A DNA stretch of 39,659 bases, from NCBI GenBank assembly GCA_041288095.1, contig JBGGMJ010000005.1, positions 1-39,659 on the forward strand, written 5' to 3'. The position numbers were made by a program, and so were the translations under genes. This document shows, piece after piece, positions 39,414-39,659 of this stretch. The notes under the pieces were generated by a model that worked only from the letters and a program-made list of their open reading frames with translations, had not been told where the DNA came from and ran no database searches. This DNA comes from Myxococcota bacterium (lineage in GTDB: Bacteria > Myxococcota > XYA12-FULL-58-9 > JALHOP01). Numbering within the stretch: position 1 is the stretch's first letter; every line of letters starts with the position of its first letter.

Positions 39414-39659
39414 ATGGCTCATCACGGTATGGAACAACAAGACGGCGAAGTCGTCGACAAGCTCGTCGACCTGAACCGCACGGCGAAGGTCGTCAAAGGT
39501 GGCCGTCGCTTCTCGTTCAGCGCGCTCGTCGTTGCCGGTGACGGCAATGGTCGCGTTGGTGCGGGTCTCGGTAAGGCCAACGAAGTTCCCGAGGCGATTC
39601 GCAAGGGTTTCGACCAAGCCAAGAAGAACCTCTTCTCGGTCCCGGTCACCAACGGCACG
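39414..39659 (+). CDS. rpsE: 30S ribosomal protein S5, 3'-partial
   Basis: Translated by hand (absent from the ORF track): [64 protein letters not shown]. Runs off the window. Confidence 0.97.
   Translation, partial: MAHHGMEQQDGEVVDKLVDLNRTAKVVKGGRRFSFSALVVAGDGNGRVGAGLGKANEVPEAIRKGFDQAKKNLFSVPVTNGT

Overview
GC-rich bacterial DNA, most likely from a Myxococcota-type deltaproteobacterium (inferred from Cys-rich lipoproteins, DUF1592/DUF1552 pairs, a Tgl-like TPR protein and L3/L5 sequence style). The window holds the str-S10-spc ribosomal cluster in an unusually fragmented form. rpsL-rpsG end at a terminator, fusA stands alone 3.8 kb downstream, tuf is absent, and rplC is missing from rpsJ-rplD and instead lies about 27.5 kb upstream on the opposite strand with its own promoter. 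The gaps are filled with accessory genes. Main findings: (1) an ECF sigma / FecR-TPR / membrane protein / Cip1-like lipoprotein operon whose promoter motif TGAGCC-N16-GTCCTT recurs exactly in front of the sigma gene, a DUF1592-DUF1552 heme-lipoprotein/Tat pair and a divergent beta-propeller lipoprotein, defining a self-contained regulon; (2) five to six orphan genes, including a PLD and a novel 34-aa repeat protein, preceded by a sigma28-like GCCGATA box; (3) a close mimic of the 16S rRNA helix-21 S8-binding site directly upstream of rpsH; (4) a duplicated terminator bracketing an orphan gene; (5) bacterial LDL-receptor class A repeats lacking the C1-C3 cysteine pair. All family calls come from motif recognition by eye; no database searches were run.
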